NCBI GenBank assembly: GCA_031364845.1
Contig: JANLWX010000008.1
Coordinates: 1 to 48,101 of the forward strand
Reading direction: 5' to 3'
Origin: Candidatus Eiseniibacteriota bacterium
GTDB lineage: Bacteria > Eisenbacteria > RBG-16-71-46
DNA: 48,101 bases
Shown here: positions 1 to 12,984 of the stretch, one piece after another
Layout: each line of letters begins with the position of its first letter
Numbering within the stretch: the first letter of the stretch is position 1
Position numbers and translations under genes: made by a program
The notes under the pieces: generated by a model
What the model was told of the DNA's origin: nothing
Seen by the model: only the letters and a program-made list of their open reading frames with translations
Database searches by the model: none

Positions 1-139
1 ACTACACCAACATCCGCCGCCCCGCTCCCAACAGTCCCTGGGCGCGCACGAAGACCCTCAACCTCCCGCCCAGACCGGCGCGGGCAGAGCGGACATAATC
101 ACTTGGCAGTTAGGCGGACATAATTACGTTGCAGCGACA
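1..139 (+). mobile_element. Right end of an IS1202/ISNCY-like insertion sequence (transposase C-terminus plus terminal repeat)
   Basis: Frame 3..98 reads YTNIRRPAPNSPWARTKTLNLPPRPARAERT*, resembling the C-terminal PAxxHPW motif of IS1202-like transposases. It is followed by two GCGGACATAAT copies (89-99, 114-124) and a terminal ...GCAGCGACA at 139. Confidence 0.7.
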
Positions 140-251
140 CAGAAAACCGAGGGGGCATCCGTCGTTCGGACCGCGGCGGTGGGCTCGATCGACTCCCGAC
201 TTTACGGGGGTGAGACAACCCCGGCAGTGCTTCGGTGCAGGGTTCCACGCC

Positions 252-830
252 ATGATCGATCCCCGAATACGCGCGATCCTCATCATTTTCGCATGTGTGG
301 CGCTGCTCGCTTCCGGCTGCTCGACGCCTCCGCGGTCGGCGTCCTCTCCCGAAGAAGCCCCGTCGCCGTCCGTGGCGACGGATACCGCCCCGCTCGAGGT
401 CACGCCGGCCGACGCCGCCATCATCCACGCGGCCGTGCGTGAATCCGGCGCACAAGTGACGCTCGTCAACGTGTGGGCGACGTGGTGCGCGCCATGCCGC
501 GAGGAATTCCCGGAGATCGTGCGCCTCGAGCGCGCGTGGCGGGATCGCGGAGCGCGGGTGATGTTCGTGTCCGCCGACTTCGCCGACGAACTCCCGGCCG
601 TGCGCGCGTTTCTGGCGAAGCAAGGCGTGACGGCCCGGAGCTGGATCAAGACCGGCGACGACATGGCATTCATCAACGGCATGGCTCCGCGCTGGAGCGG
701 CGCTCTGCCGGCCACGTTCATCTACGACTCCCGCGGCGAGCTCAAGCGCTTCTGGGAGGGCAAGGCCGACTACGCGAAGTTCGAATCCGAGCTGCGCGCG
801 GCACTGGAGCAATCACCGAAACCGTCATAG
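252..830 (+). CDS. TlpA/ResA-family thiol-disulfide oxidoreductase lipoprotein
   Basis: Lipobox LASGC; LVNVWATWCAPCREEFP CxxC motif; LPATF cis-Pro loop; start taken at ATG 252. Confidence 0.88.
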   Translation: MIDPRIRAILIIFACVALLASGCSTPPRSASSPEEAPSPSVATDTAPLEVTPADAAIIHAAVRESGAQVTLVNVWATWCAPCREEFPEIVRLERAWRDRGARVMFVSADFADELPAVRAFLAKQGVTARSWIKTGDDMAFINGMAPRWSGALPATFIYDSRGELKRFWEGKADYAKFESELRAALEQSPKPS

Positions 831-884
831 AGCTTCGATGAAACGCTGGTTTCCACCCAAGTCCCACAACCCGAGGAGAACACC

Positions 885-1514
885 ATGAAGTCCCGTTCAC
901 TGTGGATTCCGCTCGTGCTCGCGCTGTCGCTGGTGCCTGCCGCCGCATTCTCCGAAGAGTCCGCGGCGCCCGAGGCGCTCGCGCTCGGCAGCGCGATTCC
1001 GATGGCCGATGCCAAGCTCAAGAACATCGACGGCAGCGACATCGCGGTCAAAGACCTGGCCGGCAAGAAGGGGACGCTGGTCGTCTTCACGTGCAACGCG
1101 TGCCCGTGGGCCAAGAAGTGGGAGAGCCGCATCGCCGCAATCGGCAATACCGCGCAGAAGCGCGGCATCGGCGTGGTCGCGATCAACGCGAACGACCCCG
1201 GCGTGAACCCCGAGGACTCGTACGACGAGATGGTGAAGCGCGCGAAGAAGCTCGGCTTGAAATTCCCCTACGCGATGGACGGCACCTCGGCGGTTGCGGT
1301 CGCCTACGGCGCCACGCGCACGCCGGAAGCGTTCCTGTTCGATGCCTCGGGCAAGCTCGTCTACCACGGCACGATCGACGACAACGCCAACGACCCGCGC
1401 TCGGTGAAGCAGGCGTACCTGCGCCAGGCGGTGGACGCGGTTGCCGCGGGCAAGGCGGTCCCGACCGCCGAGACCAAGTCGCTCGGATGCGGGATCAAGT
1501 TCCGCAAGGCTTAG
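885..1514 (+). CDS. Secreted thioredoxin-family (AhpC/TSA-like redoxin) protein
   Basis: Signal peptide; VFTCNACPW, AINAND, YGATRTPEAFLFD, YHGTIDD and C-terminal GCGIK motifs; GAGGAG RBS. Confidence 0.88.
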   Translation: MKSRSLWIPLVLALSLVPAAAFSEESAAPEALALGSAIPMADAKLKNIDGSDIAVKDLAGKKGTLVVFTCNACPWAKKWESRIAAIGNTAQKRGIGVVAINANDPGVNPEDSYDEMVKRAKKLGLKFPYAMDGTSAVAVAYGATRTPEAFLFDASGKLVYHGTIDDNANDPRSVKQAYLRQAVDAVAAGKAVPTAETKSLGCGIKFRKA

Positions 1515-1708
1515 ACAGACAACGGTTTGGCTCCAGGTGGGGCCGCCGGAATTCGGCACGGAGCGCGGGGGCACACCAGCCCCGCGCTTCCTCATTTCAC
1601 GCCCACGACCCATCTCACCGCCCCGGCCCGTGCTAGTCTGCGGCTTCGCCGTGGCACCGCGGTCACGCCGTCCGCGGAATAGGCGCTTGAAGCAACAGGA
1701 GGCTCACG

Positions 1709-1957
1709 ATGAATCGACCCGACGACAAGAAGCCGGACTTCTCGAACGTGGCGGGTGGCAGCTCGTCGACCGCGCCCAAAGCCGAGAATGTCGACCGGAC
1801 CTACACAGTGGTGGCGGGGGACAGCCTGTCCGGCATCGCCAAGAAGCTCTACGGCGACGCGAGCAAGTGGCGGCTGATCTTCGAAGCGAACAAGGACACG
1901 ATCAAGAATCCCGATCTCATTCATCCGGGGCAGACATTCAAGATCCCCGACGCCTGA
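1709..1957 (+). CDS. Small LysM-domain protein
   Basis: YTVVAGDSLSGIAKKLYGDASKWRLIFEANKDTIKNPDLIHPGQ; AGGAGG RBS. Confidence 0.92.
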   Translation: MNRPDDKKPDFSNVAGGSSSTAPKAENVDRTYTVVAGDSLSGIAKKLYGDASKWRLIFEANKDTIKNPDLIHPGQTFKIPDA

Positions 1958-1981
1958 AAAACTCACGGAGGAACTTTTCAC

Positions 1982-2437
1982 ATGCGATTCTCTAAGGACT
2001 TCACACGCATGATGCTGATCGGGATCGCCCTGATCGCCGTCGCCGGCTGCTCCAAGGCCAAGACCGCCGACCAGACCACCACCGAGACGACCACCCCCGC
2101 GGCGGTCGAGTTCAAGGTGACGGGAGTCGACGTCGGCAAGGGGCTGGATTCGGAGAAGCGCCTCGCGATGGTGACGAGCGACTTCGCGCCGATGGACACG
2201 ATCTTCGTCTCGGTGGCAACCGAGGGTACGACGTCCGCCGCGACCTTGGGTGCCAAGTGGACGTTCGGTCCGGATGCTCAGCTGGTCAACGAGATGACCG
2301 AGTCCATCGCTCCGACGGGCCCGGCGCACACCGAATTCCACATCTCCAAGCCGGACGGTTTCCCGGTCGGAAGCTACAAGGTCGACATCACGCTGGATGG
2401 CGCGAGCGTGGGGACCAAGGATTTCCAGGTCAAGTAA
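1982..2437 (+). CDS. Hypothetical lipoprotein (beta-rich)
   Basis: Lipobox VAGC after a hydrophobic segment; Thr-rich linker; GGAGGA RBS. Confidence 0.8.
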   Translation: MRFSKDFTRMMLIGIALIAVAGCSKAKTADQTTTETTTPAAVEFKVTGVDVGKGLDSEKRLAMVTSDFAPMDTIFVSVATEGTTSAATLGAKWTFGPDAQLVNEMTESIAPTGPAHTEFHISKPDGFPVGSYKVDITLDGASVGTKDFQVK

Positions 2438-2451
2438 GCTGCTGACGGACG

Positions 2452-2479
2452 CGAGGCGGGAGGGCAACCTTCCGCCTCG
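2452..2479 (+). terminator. GC-rich hairpin with GCAA tetraloop (possible terminator or mRNA-stabilising stem)
   Basis: CGAGGCGGGAGG-GCAA-CCTTCCGCCTCG just after the stop at 2437; no U-tract. Confidence 0.45.
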
Positions 2480-2521
2480 TCGTGCATCCCGGCCTGTCCT
2501 CCATCGAGTCGAGGAGTCTTC

Positions 2522-3262
2522 ATGAATCGGATTGGCGAACCTCTCACGATCGCCCGGCTCGCCGGTTTGATGCTCCTTGCGTGCGGCGTGCTGGCGGGGT
2601 CCCCTGCGATCTCCTTCGCGCAGACTCCGCCCGCGAAGCCGGCCGCACCGGCGGCCGGATCACGCACGATCTATCTGTTGCGTCACGGGCAGTACGATCA
2701 GCACGATCCGCGCGACGAGGCGGTCGGCAAGGGCCTCACCGAGCTGGGACGCGAACAGGCGAAGCGCGCGGGTGAGCGGTTCGCCGCACTGCCGACCAAG
2801 GTCAGCCAGGTGTTCGCGAGCCCGTTGACGCGCGCGCGTGAGAGCGCGGCACTCGCTGCTGCGGTCATGGGACTCCAGCCCATCACGGTCATGGACCTCG
2901 CCGAGTGCACGCCGCCCACGATTCGCGCCGACATCATGGCGACCGAAACGCCGGGAGCACTCGACTCGTGCCAGAAGCAGCTCGATCGCGACTTCGAGCG
3001 CTTCTTCCGCCCCACGACCGGAGCCGACAGCACGATCCTGCTCGTCGCCCACGGAAACGTGATCCGCTACCTCGCGGGCAAGGCGATCGGGCTCGATCCC
3101 AAGCTGTGGCTGAACCTCAGCTTCCCGCACGGCAGCGTGGCAATGGTGCGCGTGCGGCCGGATCGCTCGATGCAGCTGCACGCGATCGGCGACATCGGGC
3201 ATCTGCCCCCGGCGATGGTGACCTACGTCAATCCGCCGGCGGACACGACCGCGAAACGCTGA
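2522..3262 (+). CDS. Secreted histidine phosphatase (phosphoglycerate mutase superfamily, PGAM5-like)
   Basis: Signal peptide; LLRHGQY, LTELGREQA, SPLTRARES and VAHGNVIRY motifs. Confidence 0.87.
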   Translation: MNRIGEPLTIARLAGLMLLACGVLAGSPAISFAQTPPAKPAAPAAGSRTIYLLRHGQYDQHDPRDEAVGKGLTELGREQAKRAGERFAALPTKVSQVFASPLTRARESAALAAAVMGLQPITVMDLAECTPPTIRADIMATETPGALDSCQKQLDRDFERFFRPTTGADSTILLVAHGNVIRYLAGKAIGLDPKLWLNLSFPHGSVAMVRVRPDRSMQLHAIGDIGHLPPAMVTYVNPPADTTAKR

Positions 3263-3278
3263 GCGGGAAGCCCGCTCA
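3260..3278. terminator. Hairpin between convergent genes
   Basis: TGAGCGGG-AAG-CCCGCTCA spans both stop codons. Confidence 0.4.
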
Positions 3279-6200
3279 CTCGGCGGGCGTTTCCTCGAGC
3301 AGGTAGTCGAGATCCGCGCGCGACAGCGTGCGCGCGAATCCGTCTTCGCCGAGCACGTCGCGCACCAGTGCCGCTTTGCGCTGCTGCAGCTCCCAGATCT
3401 TCTCCTCGATCGTCCCCGCCGCGAGCATGCGGTAGGCGATGACCGTGCGCGTCTGGCCGATGCGGTGCGTGCGGTCGATCGCCTGCGCTTCGACCGACGG
3501 ATTCCACCACGGGTCGAACAGCACGACGTAGCTCGCCGCCGTCAGATTGAGCCCGGTGCCTCCGGCTTTGAGCGAGATCAGGAACACGCACGGCTCGGGA
3601 TCGCCCTCGAACGCGGCGACCACCTCTTCGCGCTTGGTCGTCGCACCGGTCAGCAGGTGGTAGCGCACCTCGCGCCGCGTCATCTCGGCCGCGAGCAGCT
3701 TGAGACACTCGACGAACTGCGAGAACACGAGCACCTTGTGGCCTTCGGCGAGCAGCGGCTCCAGCAGCTCGAACAGCGCGTCGAACTTGCCCGAACCGAG
3801 CGACGCCTTGCCCCCGACCAGCGCCGGATGGCAGCACACCTGCCGCAGCCGCGTGAGTGCGGCGAGGATCTCGATCTTGTTCTGTCGCACGCCGTCGGTC
3901 GAGGTGCCGATGCGCTCGACCAGCGCGCGGCTGCGCGCGAGTTCCGCGAGATACAGCTGGCGCTGGCCCTTGGTCATCTCGCAATCACGCCGCTCCTCGA
4001 TGCGCTCGGGCAGATCGAGCGCGACCTGGCTCTTCAACCGCCGCAGCATCACCGGGCGCAGCCGTGCCGCGAGCAGGCGGCGCAGATGCGGCGGCGCGTC
4101 GGGGCGGTCGTAGCGCGCAACGAACGACGCGCGGGTCCCGAGATAGCCGGGGTTCACGAACTGCATCAGGCTCCACAGATCGAGCGCGCGATTCTCGAGC
4201 GGCGTGCCGGTCAGCGCGAGCCGGTGGCGCACGTCCAACTGCAGCACCGCGCGACTCACCGCGGCATCGGGGTTCTTGATGTTCTGCGCTTCGTCGAGGA
4301 TCGCGGCCGCGAGCGGCACCGTCTTCCACTGCTCGAGGTCGCGGCGCAACAGCGCGTAGTTGGTGATCACGAGGTCGTGGTTCGGGATCTCCTTGCGCAG
4401 CACGTGGCGCTCTTCGCCGCTCGTGAGCGTGAGCACCCGCATGCCGGGCGTGAAGCGCTCGGCCTCACGCATCCAGTTGTGGACCACCGAAGCCGGGCAC
4501 ACGACCAGCGCCGGACCCACCGCGGGATCGAGCGCGCGCACGTGCTCCAGCCACGCGAGCGCCTGGATCGTCTTTCCGAGCCCCATGTCGTCGGCGAGGA
4601 TCGCGCCCATGCCGAGCCCCATGACGTAGGCGAGAAAGTCGAGCCCCTCGCGCTGATAGGGGCGCAGGTCGGCGATCACGGTCTTCGGCACGTCGACTTG
4701 CGGCAGGCCCTGGAACTCACGCACCTGGCGGCGCAGGCGCTCGATGTCCTGTGCGGCGCGCGGGTCGGCGCCGAGGTCCATGAGTGCCGCGAGGTGTTCG
4801 GGCTTCGCCTGCGAGAGCTGCCAGGTCGTCACCTTCTGCTCGCCCGCGCCGGCCTCGACGCCGAGATCCGCGAGCAGGCTCGCCGCACGATCGAAGTCAT
4901 CGGCCAGTTCGCGGCGCACCCAGCCCGACGACAGCTTCACGAACCGCGTGCGCGCGCCGCGCAGCTTCGCGAGATCGGCATCGGTGATGCTGAGGCCCTC
5001 GGCCTCCCACTCCGCCGACACCGCGAACCAGTCCACCCCACTCGCCGTCACGCGCACGCGCGGGCGGATGTGGCGTGTGCCACCGAGCAGTTCGCGCATG
5101 CGGCGGTTGCCGAGCCACGCGATGTTGCCCGGACGATGCTCCCATGCCTCGGCGAAGCTCTCGAGATTCTTGGAGCTCAAGCGCAGCCACCATCCGATCG
5201 TCGCGTCCTCGGCCTCGAGTGCCGCGTTGCCCGCGACGCGCGTGTCGCCGCGCGCGACCGGCAGCGACACCAGCCAATCGCGGGCGGGATCGACGCGCAC
5301 CGGATCGGGGGCTTCGAGCCAGATGTTGGCGGGATCGATCGGGGCGGCGGGAGTCTCGCCGCCGGAGGCGGGAAGCGGCATTGATTCCGTTGCGGCGGTG
5401 GCCGCTCCGTTGATGCCCGCGGCCATCTCAGGCGTTGTTGCGGAAGCCTCCACGGCAGGAGGCGTCTCATCGACGACCTCGGCCCTCGAAACGTTCTCCG
5501 CCGTCGCGCCGAGGCCTTCGAGCCCGCCCGCCGCCTCACGCACCTCGAACGCAGGTGTGGCGAGCTGGATCCAGCGGCCTTCGGGGCCGAACTCGAACAC
5601 GATGACGCCGGGATCCGCAACACCCGGCCGCCAGTCGGCGGCACCGGTGTGCGCGAACAGGCGTACCTGCAGCCAGTCGTCCTCGCGCAGGTCGAACGCG
5701 ATCGCGGGCCGCGCGATGTGGAGGCGTGTGTGCGGAGCGAGGGCCTCGGCGACGCTCGCGAAACTCGACGCGAGCAGTTCGAGGAAGCGTTCGCGCCCTT
5801 CGACCGGAACCGGAAGACTTCCGCTCGTCGCGAAACGCCGCAGCAGATCGCGCGGCGGCTCCTCCCCCACGCGCCAGAAACCGCCGTCGGCGAGCACCAG
5901 GCTCGGGTGGAGATCGTCGTCGGCCGAGGCGTAGACCAGCGTGTCGAGCAGCCGGTGGCTGCCATCCGGCCAGCGCGCCGCGAGCGCCACGCGCATGCCA
6001 TCGCCGTCGTTGACGCACACCGGCAGCACATCGACCGCACCGTCCTCGAGCCGGATGCGTCCGCCCGGCACCACTCCGCCGCGCTCGCGCAGCACCGGAT
6101 CGATCGCATCGCCCCACGTCGCGAGCGGCGAGTCGGACAAACTGTCGAGCAGCCGGTTGAGCACACCCGCGCCGAGTTCGAACGAGCTGCTCTCGAGATA

Positions 6201-7142
6201 GCGCGCGGTCTGCAGGTAGCCGCCGACCAGCACGCGGAGCAACCGCGCGTGCGGAGGGGCCAGCAGCGTGACGTCGCGCCGCAGCTCGGTTCCGAGCTGG
6301 ATCAACTGCTGCGCGGAGCGCGGCTCATCGCGCAGCCGCGGCGTGGTCGCGCGCGCCTGCATCGTGACCACCGCCTCGCCGTCTTCGTTCAACTCGAGCC
6401 CGAACATGACGCGCAGGCTGCGCGAAGTCGGTGCGGCGTGGGTGCGCGCCCACTGCGTGAGGCCTTCGGTCATCTCGGCCTGGGCGCGCTCCTCGGCGCG
6501 CGCGGCGAGGTCCGGGCGGTCGCGGTACATGACGAGGCCGCGCGGAATCCAGCCCTCGGCGTGCTTCGGGATTTCGTTCGCGAGCCTCCAGCACATGAGG
6601 TCCGGATCGGGATCTTCGAGGATGCTGCGGAAGTCGTAGGCGGTGAGATAGATCCCATGCGTGTACTGGACCGCGACCAGGCGCGCGAACAGCCGATTGC
6701 GGTCCCACGTCGGCGCGCGGCGCAGCGCCTCGACGTCGGAATCCGCGCGGGTGATCGGGCCCTTGCCGGTGCCGGGTCCATCGCCGCGCGCGCCGTCACG
6801 GCGAAGATCGTCGTCGGTCCCGGTCGCCGTCTCGTCGCCGTCGCGCGCCACGATGATCGCTCGCGCCAGCGCGTAGGCGTGCTTGCACAGCGGTGCGACC
6901 GGGCACGTGCAGCTCGGATCCGCGCTCTGACCGTTCCAGCGCCATGCGGTCCGGTACGTGTGGCTCCCCCGGATCGAAGCCCGCACGACGTGCCCCTCGA
7001 TCTCGAGCGGCCCGACCCGGCCACCGATGAGGTACTCGCGTCCGCGATTTCGGACGAACACGGGAAAGTGCTCGGCGTCGCGGCGGATCGCCTCGATCAT
7101 GGCGGCGGGCAGCGAGGCGAGCGTGAGCAGGGGCTCGGTCAA
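3276..7142 (-). CDS. SNF2-family helicase with N-terminal SWIM zinc finger
   Basis: SWIM CTCP..CKH; Walker A ILADDMGLGKT; DEAQ; ALTGTPLEN; SLKAGGTGLNLT; QAIDRTHRIGQ; TTG start. Confidence 0.92.
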   Translation of the reverse strand: MTEPLLTLASLPAAMIEAIRRDAEHFPVFVRNRGREYLIGGRVGPLEIEGHVVRASIRGSHTYRTAWRWNGQSADPSCTCPVAPLCKHAYALARAIIVARDGDETATGTDDDLRRDGARGDGPGTGKGPITRADSDVEALRRAPTWDRNRLFARLVAVQYTHGIYLTAYDFRSILEDPDPDLMCWRLANEIPKHAEGWIPRGLVMYRDRPDLAARAEERAQAEMTEGLTQWARTHAAPTSRSLRVMFGLELNEDGEAVVTMQARATTPRLRDEPRSAQQLIQLGTELRRDVTLLAPPHARLLRVLVGGYLQTARYLESSSFELGAGVLNRLLDSLSDSPLATWGDAIDPVLRERGGVVPGGRIRLEDGAVDVLPVCVNDGDGMRVALAARWPDGSHRLLDTLVYASADDDLHPSLVLADGGFWRVGEEPPRDLLRRFATSGSLPVPVEGRERFLELLASSFASVAEALAPHTRLHIARPAIAFDLREDDWLQVRLFAHTGAADWRPGVADPGVIVFEFGPEGRWIQLATPAFEVREAAGGLEGLGATAENVSRAEVVDETPPAVEASATTPEMAAGINGAATAATESMPLPASGGETPAAPIDPANIWLEAPDPVRVDPARDWLVSLPVARGDTRVAGNAALEAEDATIGWWLRLSSKNLESFAEAWEHRPGNIAWLGNRRMRELLGGTRHIRPRVRVTASGVDWFAVSAEWEAEGLSITDADLAKLRGARTRFVKLSSGWVRRELADDFDRAASLLADLGVEAGAGEQKVTTWQLSQAKPEHLAALMDLGADPRAAQDIERLRRQVREFQGLPQVDVPKTVIADLRPYQREGLDFLAYVMGLGMGAILADDMGLGKTIQALAWLEHVRALDPAVGPALVVCPASVVHNWMREAERFTPGMRVLTLTSGEERHVLRKEIPNHDLVITNYALLRRDLEQWKTVPLAAAILDEAQNIKNPDAAVSRAVLQLDVRHRLALTGTPLENRALDLWSLMQFVNPGYLGTRASFVARYDRPDAPPHLRRLLAARLRPVMLRRLKSQVALDLPERIEERRDCEMTKGQRQLYLAELARSRALVERIGTSTDGVRQNKIEILAALTRLRQVCCHPALVGGKASLGSGKFDALFELLEPLLAEGHKVLVFSQFVECLKLLAAEMTRREVRYHLLTGATTKREEVVAAFEGDPEPCVFLISLKAGGTGLNLTAASYVVLFDPWWNPSVEAQAIDRTHRIGQTRTVIAYRMLAAGTIEEKIWELQQRKAALVRDVLGEDGFARTLSRADLDYLLEETPAE

Positions 7143-7393
7143 TGAAGCTCCAATGTCTGGAATGGGGCAGATCGCGAGCCGACCGGCGACGCGGGCTCTG
7201 CGGGGAGGCGAACCGGAAAGGCTAACAGGTCGGAGGTGGATGGGCCAGCGGCAGGGGACGCGCTTCGAGGGGCATCGGACCGCCGCTGCGCCGGAGCGGC
7301 TTCAGGCGCGTCGCGCAAACGGCGCGGCATGACGCCGCGCCGCTTGCCACCTACCGTTCTTCCGCTCGAAGAAACGCCGCGGAAGTGATCGGA

Positions 7394-7669
7394 TCAGGCG
7401 AAGACCGTTTCCCCGATCACACTGTCCGCCAGCACCGTCGCGCGGTTGTGGCTGACCTCGAAGAATCCGCCGCTCACGCCGACCTTCGATTCCCTTCCGT
7501 CGGGCGTGCGCACGGTGAGCGTGCCCTCGGCGAGTCCGGTCACGAGTGCGGCGTGGTTCGCGAGCACGCCGAGATAGCCCTCGGTGCCCGGAACCTGCAC
7601 GTACTCGACCGGCCCCTCGAACACGGTGCGCTCGGGGGTCAGGATCGACAGCGTGAACGTCGCGGCCAT
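7394..7669 (-). CDS. atpC: ATP synthase F1 epsilon subunit (short form)
   Basis: ILTPER, PGTEGYLGVLANHAAL, VSGGFFEV; last gene of the atp operon. Confidence 0.93.
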   Translation of the reverse strand: MAATFTLSILTPERTVFEGPVEYVQVPGTEGYLGVLANHAALVTGLAEGTLTVRTPDGRESKVGVSGGFFEVSHNRATVLADSVIGETVFA

Positions 7670-7670
7670 C

Positions 7671-9984
<2,314 letters not shown>

Positions 9985-10048
9985 GTCGGTTCTCTATTCC
10001 TGGATCCGAGCGAAGCGCAGCGTGTGGCCTGGCGTCGCGCTCCGGTGA

Positions 10049-11557
<1,509 letters not shown>

Positions 11558-11626
11558 GGGTGCTACCCCGATTGGTTTGAAGGACGAATCTCTTGTTCCG
11601 TGCCCGACGGCCCGCGGACGAATCCG

Positions 11627-12172
11627 CTAGACCGAAACTTCCATCAACTGATGCTCGATCGATTCGAGCAGGGTCTTCACCGAGCGGTCGATCACGCGAT
11701 CGCCGATCCGCACCAGCGCGCCGCCCAGCAGCCGCGGATCGACGTTGGCTGCGAGATTGATCTTCGATCCGGTCGTCCGCTCGAGCTCACCGTGCAGCCG
11801 CTGAAGCTCGTCGGACGTGAGCGGAATCGCGCTCGTGACGTGCGCGCGCTGAATGCCCTGCTTCTTCTCGACCAGCGCTTCGAACTCGGTGACGATCGTC
11901 CCGAACTCCTGCAGCCGCGTCTTGCGCAGCAGCAGATCGACGAACAGCACCACCGATGCGACCGCTTTGCCCTCGAGCGCCTTCTTCAAGACCGCGCGCT
12001 TGTCGGACAGCAGCACCATCGGTGTGGCGAGCAACGCCCCCACGCGTGTGCCGGGCTCGATCATCTGCCACATGCTCTTCAGATCCTCGAGCGCGCCGGC
12101 GGTCTCCCCGCGCTTCTCGGTGACGATGAACAGCGCGCGCGCGTAGCGGCCTGCAACGTTCGAGTCTTTCAC
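11627..12172 (-). CDS. atpH: ATP synthase F1 delta subunit
   Basis: VAGRYARALF, VTSAIPL, VDPRLLGG..IGDRVIDRSV; operon position. Confidence 0.95.
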   Translation of the reverse strand: MKDSNVAGRYARALFIVTEKRGETAGALEDLKSMWQMIEPGTRVGALLATPMVLLSDKRAVLKKALEGKAVASVVLFVDLLLRKTRLQEFGTIVTEFEALVEKKQGIQRAHVTSAIPLTSDELQRLHGELERTTGSKINLAANVDPRLLGGALVRIGDRVIDRSVKTLLESIEHQLMEVSV

Positions 12173-12660
12173 CGCAGCGCTCCGACTTCGTCGATGAACT
12201 CACCCACCAGCTTGCGCTGCGAGGCGTCGTCGAGCTTCTGGCGGAGGATCTTCTCGGCGCTGCGCATCGCGAGGTGAATCATCTGCTCCTTCAGCACTTC
12301 CTTGGCCTTCTCGCGCTCGCGCGCGATCTCGTCATCGGCGCGAACACCCCGCTCCACGGCCTCGCGCTGGGCCTGCGCCTTGATCTCGGCGGCGACCTTC
12401 TGGCCCTCGGCGACCGCATCCAGGATGCGCTGGCGGGCCTGCGCTTCGATGCCGCGCAGCTCCTGCTCGTAGCGTCCCTTCAGCTGTTCGGCTTCGGACT
12501 GCTTGGTCGCGGCGAGATCGAACTCACCCGCGATCTTCTGGCGGCGGGCTTCCAGCATTCCCATCACCGGCCCCCACGCGAATTTCCTGAGTCCCCACAA
12601 GAGAATGAGGAAGCCGAGGATCTGCGTGACGACTTGCCGGACGTCGATCAGATTTCCCAT
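12169..12660 (-). CDS. atpF: ATP synthase F0 b subunit
   Basis: N-terminal TM, FAWGPV, long charged coiled coil; operon position. Confidence 0.95.
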   Translation of the reverse strand: MGNLIDVRQVVTQILGFLILLWGLRKFAWGPVMGMLEARRQKIAGEFDLAATKQSEAEQLKGRYEQELRGIEAQARQRILDAVAEGQKVAAEIKAQAQREAVERGVRADDEIAREREKAKEVLKEQMIHLAMRSAEKILRQKLDDASQRKLVGEFIDEVGALR

Positions 12661-12729
12661 GAATGGTCCTCTCGCCCGCGCACGCCCCTGAGCTCATGGC
12701 CGATGGGCGCGCGCGAGGGTCGGTGTGCT

Positions 12730-12984
<255 letters not shown>

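Noticed and set aside
140..200. XerCD/dif-like target next to the IS end
   Set aside because: No recognisable 11-6-11 dif-like palindrome in the flank
3276..7142. SNF2 helicase as part of an anti-phage system
   Set aside because: It stands alone among housekeeping genes, with no methylase, nuclease or other defence partner nearby
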